A stretch of 38,255 nt of DNA, taken from Asterionella formosa (lineage: Eukaryota). The notes below the pieces were generated by a model. That model made no database searches. It was not told where the DNA came from and was given only the letters and a program-made list of their open reading frames with translations. The stretch is from positions 1 to 38,255 of the forward strand of contig NKIB01015105.1 in the NCBI GenBank assembly GCA_002256025.1. Direction: 5' to 3'. The position numbers were made by a program, and so were the translations under genes. Numbering within the stretch: the stretch's first letter is position 1; each line of letters opens with the position of its first letter. Below are positions 10,081 to 19,600 of the stretch, piece after piece.

Positions 10081-10461
10081 TTAAATAAGTCCAGCAGAGA
10101 TAGTTACGAATTTTAAATATTTCCCACATTTTAATAATCTTGAAACAGGACCAATTATTCTACTTGCTACTGGACTATTTTGCTTATTAATTAAACTCAC
10201 ACAATTATCATTAAAAAATGTGATTAACCCATCTTTTTTTTTAATTTGTTTTTTTGTTCTAATAATTAATCCTTTAAAAACCTCACCTTTTTTTACTTTG
10301 GATAAAATTTTAGACTTATTCCTTAACTGTTGAATCGAAACAACAATTAAATCACCTGGACAAGCAAACTTTCGTTTAAAACCACCTAAAACTTTAATAC
10401 ATTTTGCTGTTTTAGCACCAGAATTATCACTAACTTTTAAAATTGTTTGTAATTGAACCAT
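10081..10461 (-). CDS. rpl14: Ribosomal protein L14
   Basis: LKVSDNSGAK, SRIIGPV. Confidence 0.98.
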   Translation of the reverse strand: MVQLQTILKVSDNSGAKTAKCIKVLGGFKRKFACPGDLIVVSIQQLRNKSKILSKVKKGEVFKGLIIRTKKQIKKKDGLITFFNDNCVSLINKQNSPVASRIIGPVSRLLKCGKYLKFVTISAGLI

Positions 10462-10513
10462 AAAATTTTCTAGAACAGAATATTAAAATCAAAAAGATTT
10501 AAAAATTTGTTAT

Positions 10514-10587
10514 GCGTTTGTAACTTAATTGGAAAAAGTGTTGGATTTCGGCCCCAAAAAATATAGGTTCAAGTCCTATCAAACGTA
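10514..10587 (+). tRNA. trnR: tRNA-Arg(UCG)
   Basis: GCGTTTG/CAAACGT acceptor, loop TTTCGGC. Confidence 0.92.
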
Positions 10588-10593
10588 AAATCA

Positions 10594-11016
10594 TTATAAA
10601 AACCACCTAAATTTAGCATACTTTTTTTTTGTTAGCAAATTTTGGTGTAAAATATCTATTTTTTTCTGTAAAAACGCTTTTGAATGAAATAAAAACTCAA
10701 ATTGCAATAATTTGGAGACTTTATTTATTTTTTTTGCTCTTAAAATTAAAATAATATGTTTTATTGCAAACGAAATTCTTTGAGTCTTTGACAAAATATA
10801 AGGTATTTCTTGCAAAAATTTCTGTTTCCCTTTTTTTTTAATTAATTTTTTAGCACAAATTAAAGGTAAAGAATTTATAACTACTAATTTAATAATTTTT
10901 TGTGAATTTTTTGTGATATTTTTTTGTAATAATTTACTACTTTTTATAAAAATATTTTGAGATTTTATTTTTTTGCCACAAAACATTAAATAACTTAAAA
11001 ATTTATTTTTAACCAT
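10594..11016 (-). CDS. rps7: Ribosomal protein S7
   Basis: LMFCGKK, QEIP, C-terminal FRW; follows rps12. Confidence 0.9.
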   Translation of the reverse strand: MVKNKFLSYLMFCGKKIKSQNIFIKSSKLLQKNITKNSQKIIKLVVINSLPLICAKKLIKKKGKQKFLQEIPYILSKTQRISFAIKHIILILRAKKINKVSKLLQFEFLFHSKAFLQKKIDILHQNLLTKKKYAKFRWFL

Positions 11017-11023
11017 TAATTTC

Positions 11024-11404
11024 CTAATAATAGTGTTTTATGATTTTTGTTCCATATTTTGATCTTGAAGTTTTTCTACCTGTTAAACCTTTAAAATCCA
11101 ATCTACCTCTTACTAAATGATATTTTACCCCGGGTAAATCCTTAACTCGTCCACCACGAATTATAACGTTAGAATAAGGTTGAAGTTTGTGACCTTCACC
11201 AGGAATATACGCAATAATACTTTTTCCGTTAGATAATTTAAGTTTTGCTAATTTTCGAAGAGCTGAATTCGGTTTTTTGGGAGTTCTAACAAAAATTTTA
11301 GTACAAAACCCTTTTTTTTGTGGGCATTCCTCTAATGCAGGAGTTCTATTCATTTTACTTTTATTTTTCCGAATATTTTTACAAAGTTGATTTATTGTTG
11401 ACAT
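11024..11404 (-). CDS. rps12: Ribosomal protein S12
   Basis: [23 protein letters not shown]. Confidence 0.99.
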   Translation of the reverse strand: MSTINQLCKNIRKNKSKMNRTPALEECPQKKGFCTKIFVRTPKKPNSALRKLAKLKLSNGKSIIAYIPGEGHKLQPYSNVIIRGGRVKDLPGVKYHLVRGRLDFKGLTGRKTSRSKYGTKIIKHYY

Positions 11405-11439
11405 AATTTTAAAATAAAATAATTATTAAAAACTGTTGA

Positions 11440-11511
11440 CTTTTCAAGTTGGATTTGAACCAACGACCTAACGGTTAACAGCCATTTGCTCTACCACTAA
11501 GCTATTGAAAA
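11440..11511 (-). tRNA. trnN: tRNA-Asn(GUU)
   Basis: Cloverleaf, loop CTGTTAA. Confidence 0.95.
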
Positions 11512-11557
11512 CAAATTATTGTGACAATAATGATCCAAACAAAAACCATGGCTAAAC

Positions 11558-11638
11558 TACCAAAAAAGGGACTTGAACCCTTAATTTAAAAAAACTAGAA
11601 CCTAAACCTAGCATGTATACCAATTCCATCATTTTGGC
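11558..11638 (-). tRNA. trnL: tRNA-Leu(UAG)
   Basis: Cloverleaf, loop TTTAGGT. Confidence 0.92.
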
Positions 11639-11652
11639 TAAAAGACTTTTTT

Positions 11653-11737
11653 TACTCATTATCGGATTTGAACCGATATTCTTTTTATAAGAATCAGATT
11701 TTAAGTCTAACGTGTCTACCAATTTCACCAAATAAGT
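11653..11737 (-). tRNA. trnL: tRNA-Leu(UAA)
   Basis: Loop CTTAAAA, long variable arm. Confidence 0.93.
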
Positions 11738-11750
11738 TTCTAAATAAAAT

Positions 11751-11999
11751 TTGCCACAATTTGATATTTTAACCCTAAGTACACAAACCCTAAGTCTTTT
11801 AATAAGCTTAACTCTCTTGTATTATAATAACATAAACTTAAATTTGTTATATTTTATAAAAATTAAAAAAATACGTGCAAAAAAAATACAAAAAATCAAT
11901 AAACATATACTTAAAACCGGCCCTAACCTTGACAAAATGAGATGGACCTCTAATATTAACTATCAATTTTATTTACAATCAAAACTTACTGAAATTTAA
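11751..11999 (+). CDS. atp8: ATP synthase subunit 8; TTG start
   Basis: (M)PQFD N-terminus encoded TTG CCA CAA TTT GAT; TM segment then basic tail. Confidence 0.92.
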   Translation: MPQFDILTLSTQTLSLLISLTLLYYNNINLNLLYFIKIKKIRAKKIQKINKHILKTGPNLDKMRWTSNINYQFYLQSKLTEI

Positions 12000-12073
12000 G
12001 GGGATATAACTTAAACTGGTAGAGTATATGTTTTGCAAATATAAGGTTGTTGGTTCAAATCCGACTATCTCCA
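12000..12073 (+). tRNA. trnA: tRNA-Ala(UGC)
   Basis: GGGGATA/TATCTCC acceptor with G3-U70, loop TTTGCAA. Confidence 0.95.
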
Positions 12074-12080
12074 CTACTTT

Positions 12081-12839
12081 TTAACTGTAAGATTTTATAA
12101 CACTATTTAAATTCAAATAAAACGGAAAGGACGTAATTAAAGGATTTAAACTTAAATCTTCGATAAAAATTATTTGATAAGTTCTATAATTTATTTGAAA
12201 ATGTTTTGTTGGTATAGGCCAAAAATTTGAAATAAAATAAGTAAAATTATGGAGATTAATCAAAAATCTTTTTTGAGGAACTAAATCAATTAAATCCCCA
12301 TTTTTTACTTGATAAGAATTTATATTTATCGTTTTACCATTTACTCTAATATGTTTATGAGAAATTAATTGTTTAGCATGCCGCATACTATAAGCAAAAT
12401 TACACCTAAACAAAGTAGTGTCTAATCTTTTCTCAAAAAAATTAATAAAAATTTTGGATAAGATCCAAAACTTCTTTTTTAAAACTTTATTTTTTTGTTT
12501 AGCTATTTTAACCCGTGTTTTAATATATTTCCTCAATAAATAACCATAAAAAAAAGAAAAACGACTATTACAATGAACTGTATTTTTATGTCCCCATTTA
12601 AAACGGCTTTGAAAATCTGAGACGTAATCACAACTTTGGTCATAAAACTGAAAATCCTGTTTTTTAGTTAAAGAGGTTTTCTCTAAATGACCAATGAATT
12701 TTTGCCATTTTTTTTTTTTAAAATTTATGACTTTGGTTCTATTTTGAACATTTTTTTTTATATTTATTAATTTTTTATACAAAAGCTTAAATCGACGTTT
12801 TTTTATTTTTAAATGTAAAATTTCTTTTTTTTTATTCAT
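12081..12839 (-). CDS. rps4: Ribosomal protein S4
   Basis: S4 domain EKRLDTTLFR..AKQLISHKHIRVNG. Confidence 0.95.
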   Translation of the reverse strand: MNKKKEILHLKIKKRRFKLLYKKLINIKKNVQNRTKVINFKKKKWQKFIGHLEKTSLTKKQDFQFYDQSCDYVSDFQSRFKWGHKNTVHCNSRFSFFYGYLLRKYIKTRVKIAKQKNKVLKKKFWILSKIFINFFEKRLDTTLFRCNFAYSMRHAKQLISHKHIRVNGKTININSYQVKNGDLIDLVPQKRFLINLHNFTYFISNFWPIPTKHFQINYRTYQIIFIEDLSLNPLITSFPFYLNLNSVIKSYS

Positions 12840-12855
12840 TATTATTCTTTAAATA

Positions 12856-13656
12856 TTAAAATTTAGCTTTAATAAAATTAGCAGATTTCCTTAACAGTCT
12901 AACTGACCGGTCCTTTTTAAAACTATTCTTTAACCATTCTCCAAAAAAATTTCTATTTATTGCTTTACGTTGATATTTAATATTTATATTATAATTTATT
13001 TTATCTTTAAACAGTTTAAAAAAAAAATTGCTTTTAAAAAACAAAGAATTCAGTAAGTTTAAAAATACAATATTTAAATTAAAATCTGCTTTTATTGAAT
13101 TTTCATGAATTTGATAGAAAAATTTATCAATAAAATTTTTATTAGAATTTAAGGTAATTACCGGAAGTCGTAACTTATAAATCTCTTCCATAACAAATAA
13201 ATCTGTGAAAGGACTCATTATAACAACTAATTTTGGTATTTTTATTAAAATAAAAAGTTTATTTATTTTATTTCTTGTGAACCTTTTTTTTACGCTTTTA
13301 AATTTTGGATGCTTTCGAACAGAATTTTTTGAACTAAAACCTCTTTTTAACCAAATTTTTGAAGGTAAAAATATATGATAATCGCTTATTCTTTTTAAAA
13401 TACTAATTATTTTCTCAGGTATTCCAATGAATAAAATAGTTTTATTGGATAGATGGTACGAATATATTACTAATAGTATAATTTTTAATTGCATAAATTT
13501 TTCCTCAATTTCAAACAATGAATTTTTTAAACATAACCTTTTTTCATAAATTCTAGATTTTAAAATCTGTAAATTTAATAAGGCAGAATTTTTTTTAAAG
13601 AAAAAACTTAAATCTTGTGAGTTTAATTTACTGTTAATCGTCCCGTTTAATTTCAT
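12856..13656 (-). CDS. rps2: Ribosomal protein S2 (divergent)
   Basis: KTILFIG, IPKLVVI..EIYKLRLPVI; conserved rpl6-rps2-rps4 order. Confidence 0.75.
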   Translation of the reverse strand: MKLNGTINSKLNSQDLSFFFKKNSALLNLQILKSRIYEKRLCLKNSLFEIEEKFMQLKIILLVIYSYHLSNKTILFIGIPEKIISILKRISDYHIFLPSKIWLKRGFSSKNSVRKHPKFKSVKKRFTRNKINKLFILIKIPKLVVIMSPFTDLFVMEEIYKLRLPVITLNSNKNFIDKFFYQIHENSIKADFNLNIVFLNLLNSLFFKSNFFFKLFKDKINYNINIKYQRKAINRNFFGEWLKNSFKKDRSVRLLRKSANFIKAKF

Positions 13657-14241
13657 TTATATTTTTTTGCCTTTTTTTAGGATTATTGTTTCATTCTCGT
13701 ACAAAATCCCTTTTCCTTTATAATATTCAGGAATTTTATAAGACCTGAATTTTGCTGAAATACTATTTATCATGTGATAAAAATGTCCAAAAATAAAAAG
13801 AGTAGTAGCTTTAAAACAAAACAAATTAATTGTTTTAGTAAGTTTAAAATAAACTTGATGACTATAACCAATTCTTAAACGTAACACCTGAAACAAAGGT
13901 AAATCTAATAAAAAAGCCCTATACCCAACACCCACAAACTTTAATTTTTGATACAATAAAATTGAAATTTCTAAAACACTCTGCTTTAATAAAGAAACTA
14001 AAGTACCTTGAAAATTTTTTAATTCTTTAATTCTATTTTTTGACATTTTCAAGAATGAAAGTTTAGTTACATAAATTTTATTTTTATGAGAATTTAAAAA
14101 AACTTTTGTTTTTAATTTAAAAGTTTTTGTACCAAACGGCCCTAATAATACAATCACCTTTAAGTTTTCAGAATAAATAACTAAAATATTCTTAGGTATT
14201 TTAACTGCATATTTTTTAGATAAATTGTAACAAAAATTCAT
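13657..14241 (-). CDS. rpl6: Ribosomal protein L6
   Basis: GVGYRA, GYSH, PEYYKGKGI. Confidence 0.97.
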   Translation of the reverse strand: MNFCYNLSKKYAVKIPKNILVIYSENLKVIVLLGPFGTKTFKLKTKVFLNSHKNKIYVTKLSFLKMSKNRIKELKNFQGTLVSLLKQSVLEISILLYQKLKFVGVGYRAFLLDLPLFQVLRLRIGYSHQVYFKLTKTINLFCFKATTLFIFGHFYHMINSISAKFRSYKIPEYYKGKGILYENETIILKKGKKI

Positions 14242-14243
14242 AA

Positions 14244-14621
14244 TTAATTAATAGTAACAACAGGCTCCCCGCCTAACTTTTCTTTTTTGCACTCAAAAAG
14301 AGATTTTAGACCTTTTGAAGTCGAAATTATCAAAAACGTTTTGCTAGAATCAATTTTCCAAATTTGTTTTATAGAATAATATTTTTTTTTGCTTGGTTTT
14401 GATATGGTTTTAAAGGATTTTATTACAGGAATTCCATTATCATATTTTAGAAATATTTTTAATTTTTTTCGTGAGTTTTTATAACCTGAAATAAACCCAC
14501 TATCCCATAAAACATTTAAAAAAGACTCAGAAATTTTAGTTTTTTTTTGTATTACAAACGATCTTTTAATAATTTGACCATTTTGAATAGTTGCAAACAT
14601 GTTATACAAATAAGTTTTCAT
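14244..14621 (-). CDS. rps8: Ribosomal protein S8
   Basis: ISKPS, IISTSKGL, LGGE. Confidence 0.97.
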   Translation of the reverse strand: MKTYLYNMFATIQNGQIIKRSFVIQKKTKISESFLNVLWDSGFISGYKNSRKKLKIFLKYDNGIPVIKSFKTISKPSKKKYYSIKQIWKIDSSKTFLIISTSKGLKSLFECKKEKLGGEPVVTIN

Positions 14622-14624
14622 TTT

Positions 14625-14698
14625 TATCTAGAAACAGACTTGAACTGTTAACCCAAGGATTTTCAATCCTTTGCTCTAACCATTTGAGCTATCTAAAC
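14625..14698 (-). tRNA. trnF: tRNA-Phe(GAA)
   Basis: AAGGA-TTGAAAA-TCCTT anticodon arm. Confidence 0.95.
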
Positions 14699-15186
14699 AT
14701 ATATAAAAGCTGAGCTCCCCGCAAATCAAACAATTTTAAATATAAAAAAATTCTATTTGGAATATCTCTTAAAAACTTTGTTTGATCTTGAGTTTTAAAC
14801 ATTTTTAAATTATATACTTTTGGATTAAATATTTGATTTTGAAATCGTTTTAAATTGGACTCTTTTATTGAAAAATAAACTTTTATTTGAATATCCGAAA
14901 AAAAATCAACTTGTAATCTTCGTAATAATACAATTAACTTTAAAGATTGGACTGTATAAAGTTTTATTGTTTTGGATAATAAATGATACTGAAATTGTTC
15001 TTGGGCAATTTTGTTCACATGAGGTGACTTTAAAATAGTAAAAATGCGATTAATTTTTCTTGGTTGAAATTTTTTCAAAAAAAAAATTAATCTAAACTCT
15101 TTTTTTTCACAAATTTTACTAATAGTTTTAAAAAAAAAAATTAATGAGGTTTTATTTTTAGAAATCACTTTTAAATCAATTAACAT
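14689..15186 (-). CDS. rps10: Ribosomal protein S10
   Basis: FTILKSPHVNKIAQEQF; stop codon lies inside trnF. Confidence 0.95.
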   Translation of the reverse strand: MLIDLKVISKNKTSLIFFFKTISKICEKKEFRLIFFLKKFQPRKINRIFTILKSPHVNKIAQEQFQYHLLSKTIKLYTVQSLKLIVLLRRLQVDFFSDIQIKVYFSIKESNLKRFQNQIFNPKVYNLKMFKTQDQTKFLRDIPNRIFLYLKLFDLRGAQLLYMFR

Positions 15187-15195
15187 AATTTTTCT

Positions 15196-15963
15196 TTAAT
15201 GCAAATTTATACTATCGTTTAAATAAATACAAGTTAAAATGGTAAAAACATAAGCTTGAATCACAGCAACAGCCAACTCTAATCCCATTAAAATTATTAA
15301 AATAATAAGCGGAACAATTTGAATTATAGACAATGTATCCTCTATCAATAAAATACTCCAAGAAAATCCTACAATAACTTTTAATAAAGTATGTCCTGCC
15401 ATTAAATTAATAAATAATCGAACACCTAAACTAATAGGTTTTGCTATATATGAAATAAATTCAATTGGCACTAAAATCAATGCCAATAAAAAAGAAGTAT
15501 TAGCAGGGAGAAATAAAGACAATAATTTTTGTTTGTAATGCTTAAACCCAATGATATTAATACCAATAAAGATAGAAAAAGACATTGAAAAAGTAACTAT
15601 TAGATGACTAGTTACCGTAAAACTATAAGGTACTAATCCTATTAAATTACAGAATAAAATAAATAAAAATACCATTGAAATAAAAGGGAAATAAATTTCT
15701 CCGTGCTGGTTTAAATTATCAAAAAGTAATTTTAAAACAGTTGCATAAATGATCTCAATAAAAAACTGCCAAGTATTTGGTACAATAAAAAAAAAATACC
15801 CTTTTAAATAAGTAAAATACTTAGATGTCGTTTGTAATGTTGCAATAAAAAAAAATAGTAATAATAAAAACACAATTAATAAATTTGTAATAGATAAATC
15901 TAAATTAAACATCTTTAAAGAGACTAAAGAAATTATTTGAAATTGTTCTAACGGAGTCCACAT
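15196..15963 (-). CDS. atp6: ATP synthase subunit 6 (a)
   Basis: PLEQF, SLGVRLFINLMAGH, IQAYVF. Confidence 0.99.
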   Translation of the reverse strand: MWTPLEQFQIISLVSLKMFNLDLSITNLLIVFLLLLFFFIATLQTTSKYFTYLKGYFFFIVPNTWQFFIEIIYATVLKLLFDNLNQHGEIYFPFISMVFLFILFCNLIGLVPYSFTVTSHLIVTFSMSFSIFIGINIIGFKHYKQKLLSLFLPANTSFLLALILVPIEFISYIAKPISLGVRLFINLMAGHTLLKVIVGFSWSILLIEDTLSIIQIVPLIILIILMGLELAVAVIQAYVFTILTCIYLNDSINLH

Positions 15964-15981
15964 AATTTTTTAAAATCATTT

Positions 15982-16281
15982 TTACCAACTGGCTTTTTTT
16001 AGTCCTGAAATAACACCAAACCTAACTAATTTCAAAAAAGTATGCCTAGAATAACGGTAAAATTTATTTATTCCTCTTTTAGAACCTTTTAAAATACATT
16101 TAAAAATTAGACTAGTTTTAGAACTAATAGACGAAAAATAATACATTTTAATTAAACTATTCCAACGAGTCATATTAGAATAATTACAATTCCCAATTAT
16201 TGCTTTTATTAACTTTTTTTTTATTTCGGTTTTATAAATAAAAAATCGATTTTTCTTACTTTTTTTAATTATTTTTATCAT
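15982..16281 (-). CDS. rps14: Ribosomal protein S14
   Basis: CILKG..SRHTF..GLKKASW. Confidence 0.92.
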   Translation of the reverse strand: MIKIIKKSKKNRFFIYKTEIKKKLIKAIIGNCNYSNMTRWNSLIKMYYFSSISSKTSLIFKCILKGSKRGINKFYRYSRHTFLKLVRFGVISGLKKASW

Positions 16282-16292
16282 AAATTTACTAC

Positions 16293-16865
16293 CTACAATT
16301 TAAAAACTTGCCAAGGAGAAATAAAATTAAACGTACGATATTCTTGACTAAACTCTATTTGCTCACTTGAAACTCGCTTTAAGTTTTCTATAAATCTCAT
16401 TTCAATGAAACCACTTAATGGAAAATCCTTTCTTAATGGATGACCCTCAAACCCATAATCAGTTAGTAACCGCTTTAAATTTGGATGATCTACAAAAAAG
16501 ACCCCAAACATATCCCAAATCTCTGATTCAAACCAATTTGCAGCAAAAAAAATGTGAACACATGAAAAAACTGGCATTAATTCATGGCTAAAAATTTTAA
16601 TCCGAAATCTTGAATTAAATTTTAAACTTAATAAATCGTAAACTACTTGAAATCTAAATTTATTCAAAGGATAATCTACTCCAGCAATGGAAGTAAGTAC
16701 CTTAAATTGACATAAAATATTGTTTTTTAAAAAAAACAGGACATCTTTTAATAAATCTTTTGAAATAACCAAAGTTATTTCAGAATTGTAAACCTGAATT
16801 CGTTCAATTGGAAATATTTTTTGAAAATATTCTAAATTTTGGATAATTATTAAATTCTTTTTCAT
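16293..16865 (-). CDS. nad9: NADH dehydrogenase subunit 9 (alternative ATG at 16898)
   Basis: ESEIWDMFGVFF, LLTDYGFEGHPLRKDFPLSG. Confidence 0.97.
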   Translation of the reverse strand: MKKNLIIIQNLEYFQKIFPIERIQVYNSEITLVISKDLLKDVLFFLKNNILCQFKVLTSIAGVDYPLNKFRFQVVYDLLSLKFNSRFRIKIFSHELMPVFSCVHIFFAANWFESEIWDMFGVFFVDHPNLKRLLTDYGFEGHPLRKDFPLSGFIEMRFIENLKRVSSEQIEFSQEYRTFNFISPWQVFKL

Positions 16866-16898
16866 ATAATTAATTTTTAATACTAACCACAAAACCAT

Positions 16899-17135
16899 TA
16901 AAAAAGGGTAATTTCGTTTAATTTGTTTCTAAGAAAGCTGTTGCAAGAATACTCTCTAAATACAGCTATATTATCCTACGAAAACATAGCAGCTATTTTG
17001 GGTAAAAACTAGTTTTTCGTTTTTTGGTCAAAAATATCCCTTCTAATAATTGCGATGTTATCATATCTAAACAATGACAGCTTTTTTAGGAAGTCAAATT
17101 GTGTATTTTAGGGCTTTTCAAAATCTTGAAAATAG
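16899..17135 (-). repeat. Diverged inverted copy of the control-region repeat unit
   Basis: Reverse complement is colinear with 37752-~38005, e.g. ACCAAAAAACGAAAAA(C/A)TAGTTTTTACCCAAAATA. Confidence 0.88.
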
Positions 17136-17193
17136 TTTTTTTAAAATTTATGAAATTTTATTGCAAAACTATCAAATATTCATTCAAAGTATT

Positions 17194-17382
17194 TTAAAAA
17201 TACTTTCTTCTAAAATTTAAATCTTTAACTAAACCCGAAATTGGTAGCATACATTCTTTGGATAAGAAAATGGGATTCTTCCCATGAAAAATAAATTTTT
17301 TTTTTTTACATACAATAATGTTAAACTTATTAATAATTAAACTACCATCAAAAAATATCTGTAAATTTTTTCTTTTTAACAT
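17194..17382 (-). CDS. rpl31: 62-aa basic ORF, probable divergent ribosomal protein L31
   Basis: FFDGS motif near the N-terminus and C-terminal FRRKYF, both bL31-like; ATG 15 nt after the nad7 stop. Confidence 0.55.
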   Translation of the reverse strand: MLKRKNLQIFFDGSLIINKFNIIVCKKKKFIFHGKNPIFLSKECMLPISGLVKDLNFRRKYF

Positions 17383-17397
17383 ACCTAATTTTTAAAA

Positions 17398-18594
17398 CTA
17401 GCGATCCACCTCACCAAAAACGATATCTTGTGTTCCTATAATTGTAACAACATCCGCTATTAAATGATTTTCAGACATAAAACTTAAAGCTTGTAAATGA
17501 CTAAATCCAGGTGCTTTGATTTTGCACCGATAAGGCCTATTTGTATTATTTGAAACCAGATACACACCAAACTCGCCTTTAGGTGCTTCAATGCCTAAAT
17601 AAGTTTCATTAGCTGGAACATTAAAACTATGAGTATGAATCTTGAAATGATGAATTAAAGCTTCCATAGAATGTTTCATATCTTGTCGTAATGGAACTGC
17701 AATCTTTAAATCGTCAGTTTTTATATTCCCCAAAGGGATACTATTTAAACATTGTTCTATAATATTTAAAGATTCTCTCATTTCAGAAATACGAATTAAA
17801 TAACGATCATAACAATCACCATTATTTCCTGAAAAAATTTTAAATGAAAGTCGACCGTAAATTTCATAAGGTTGAACTTTTCTTAAATCCCAATTTAAAC
17901 CAGAACCCCGTAACATGACCCCACTAAAACCCCAATTACAAGCATTCTTAGCAGTTACTATTCCTATATTAACTAATCTTTGCTTCCAAATCCGATTTTC
18001 TGTTAACATCTCTTCAATTTCAATTAATCTTAAATTAAATTGATTAATAAAAAGATAAATATCTGACAATAACCCATTAGGTAAATCTGAATTGACCCCA
18101 CCTGGCCTAAAATAAGCAGAATGCATTCGAGCTCCGGTTACTCGCTCATAAAATTCCATTAATTTTTCCCGTTCTTCAAATGCCCATAAAAAGGGAGTCA
18201 TTGCACCAACATCCATAGCATGACAACCCACAGCCAATAAATGGTTTAAAATACGAGTTATTTCTGCAAAAAGTACCCTAATATACTGAGCTCGTAACGG
18301 TATTTTACAGTTAAATAACTTTTCGACTGCTAAACAATAAGCATGTTCTTGTGACATCATTGAAACATAATCTAACCTATCAAAATATGGCAAAGCCTGT
18401 AAATAATTTTTGTACTCAATTAATTTTTCAGTACCACGATGCAATAAACCTATATGTGGTTCCGCTCTTATAATTTTTTCACCGTCTAATTCCAAAATTA
18501 AACGTAAAACACCATGAGCCGCTGGATGTTGTGGACCAAAATTTATAGTAAAATTTTTAATATTCTTTTTAGAATTTTTTTTTAGTGTATTCAT
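17398..18594 (-). CDS. nad7: NADH dehydrogenase subunit 7
   Basis: [24 protein letters not shown]. Confidence 0.99.
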   Translation of the reverse strand: MNTLKKNSKKNIKNFTINFGPQHPAAHGVLRLILELDGEKIIRAEPHIGLLHRGTEKLIEYKNYLQALPYFDRLDYVSMMSQEHAYCLAVEKLFNCKIPLRAQYIRVLFAEITRILNHLLAVGCHAMDVGAMTPFLWAFEEREKLMEFYERVTGARMHSAYFRPGGVNSDLPNGLLSDIYLFINQFNLRLIEIEEMLTENRIWKQRLVNIGIVTAKNACNWGFSGVMLRGSGLNWDLRKVQPYEIYGRLSFKIFSGNNGDCYDRYLIRISEMRESLNIIEQCLNSIPLGNIKTDDLKIAVPLRQDMKHSMEALIHHFKIHTHSFNVPANETYLGIEAPKGEFGVYLVSNNTNRPYRCKIKAPGFSHLQALSFMSENHLIADVVTIIGTQDIVFGEVDR

Positions 18595-18595
18595 T

Positions 18596-19417
18596 TTAAT
18601 CTAATAATTTATTAACAATGTAAAAATGAAACTGAGCTGTAGGCAACGAAACAATTGCGATTGGCATAAAACCATGATTTACACCACAAATTTCGCTACA
18701 TTGCCCGAAGAAAACCCCAACCCGCTTGATAAACAAATTTACTTGATTTAACCTACCCGGACATGCATCAATTTTTAAACCAAATGACGGAACAGCCCAG
18801 CTATGCAAAACATCCGCAGAAGATACTAAAAGTCTTAAATGAGTGTTTACAGGTAAAACAACTCGTTTATTCGTTTCTAGTAAACGAAAATAACCTAACT
18901 TTGGTTTTGGAAGACCTTCTAAAACAAGCATATACGAAACATACTTTAAACTCTGTTGAGAATTAGAACAAGATGTAAAATCTGAAATTTCATAACTCCA
19001 AAACCATTGATGCCCTAAAATTTTTAAAGATAACTCTGGTTCAGAGATTTCATCCATCGCATATAATAAAGTAAATGATGGAGTTGCTAAAACAAGTAAA
19101 ATTAAAGCAGGAATAGTAGTCCAAACAATTTCCAACTCCTTCGAATGAACAAATTTAGTTTGTAATGAATTATCAATTTCTAAAAATTGTGATATTATAT
19201 TTAATAAGACCCAACCAACAAAAACTACAATTAATAATAACAAAAATAATAAATGCTGATTAAATAATAAGATTCCCTCCATTGAAATACTACCAGGCTC
19301 ATTTAATTTAAATTGACTACCCATAGGCACATCATTTAAATAATAAAAAAAAATTAAAACCAAACCCGAGAAATTTAAAAATATTCTATTTAAACTTAAA
19401 TGTAACCCAAACAGCAC
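18596..19417 (-). CDS. cox2: Cytochrome c oxidase subunit 2; GTG start probable (first ATG ~19324)
   Basis: DVLHSWAVP, CuA motif [14 protein letters not shown]. Confidence 0.97.
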   Translation of the reverse strand: MLFGLHLSLNRIFLNFSGLVLIFFYYLNDVPMGSQFKLNEPGSISMEGILLFNQHLLFLLLLIVVFVGWVLLNIISQFLEIDNSLQTKFVHSKELEIVWTTIPALILLVLATPSFTLLYAMDEISEPELSLKILGHQWFWSYEISDFTSCSNSQQSLKYVSYMLVLEGLPKPKLGYFRLLETNKRVVLPVNTHLRLLVSSADVLHSWAVPSFGLKIDACPGRLNQVNLFIKRVGVFFGQCSEICGVNHGFMPIAIVSLPTAQFHFYIVNKLLD

Positions 19418-19425
19418 TTAATTTT

Positions 19426-19501
19426 TGTGAAAGACAAGATTCGAACTTGCAAAATTTCAGGTTATGAACCTAAAGAGTTAAACCAATTACTCCACTCTCA
19501 C
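19426..19501 (-). tRNA. trnM: tRNA-Met(CAU), probably initiator
   Basis: TTAGG-TTCATAA-CCTGA anticodon arm; initiator role inferred. Confidence 0.85.
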
Positions 19502-19600
19502 TACTATAATTGATACGATTGATTACTTGAAAAACTGCCCTACACAAAAAAAAGATCAAAACTCTCTATTTTAAGCTCATTACTTCCAACTTTTGAAGTC

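Noticed and set aside
10469..10480. TCTAGAACAGAA shared with 26005-26016 (reverse complement) upstream of trnR and cox3 as a promoter motif
   Set aside because: A single 12-mer match among AT-rich spacers is plausible by chance
16899..17193. rnpB or tmRNA in the nad9 upstream spacer (AGGAAGTC resembles the P4 motif)
   Set aside because: No matching 3' P4 half or tRNA-like ends; the region is explained as an inverted repeat copy
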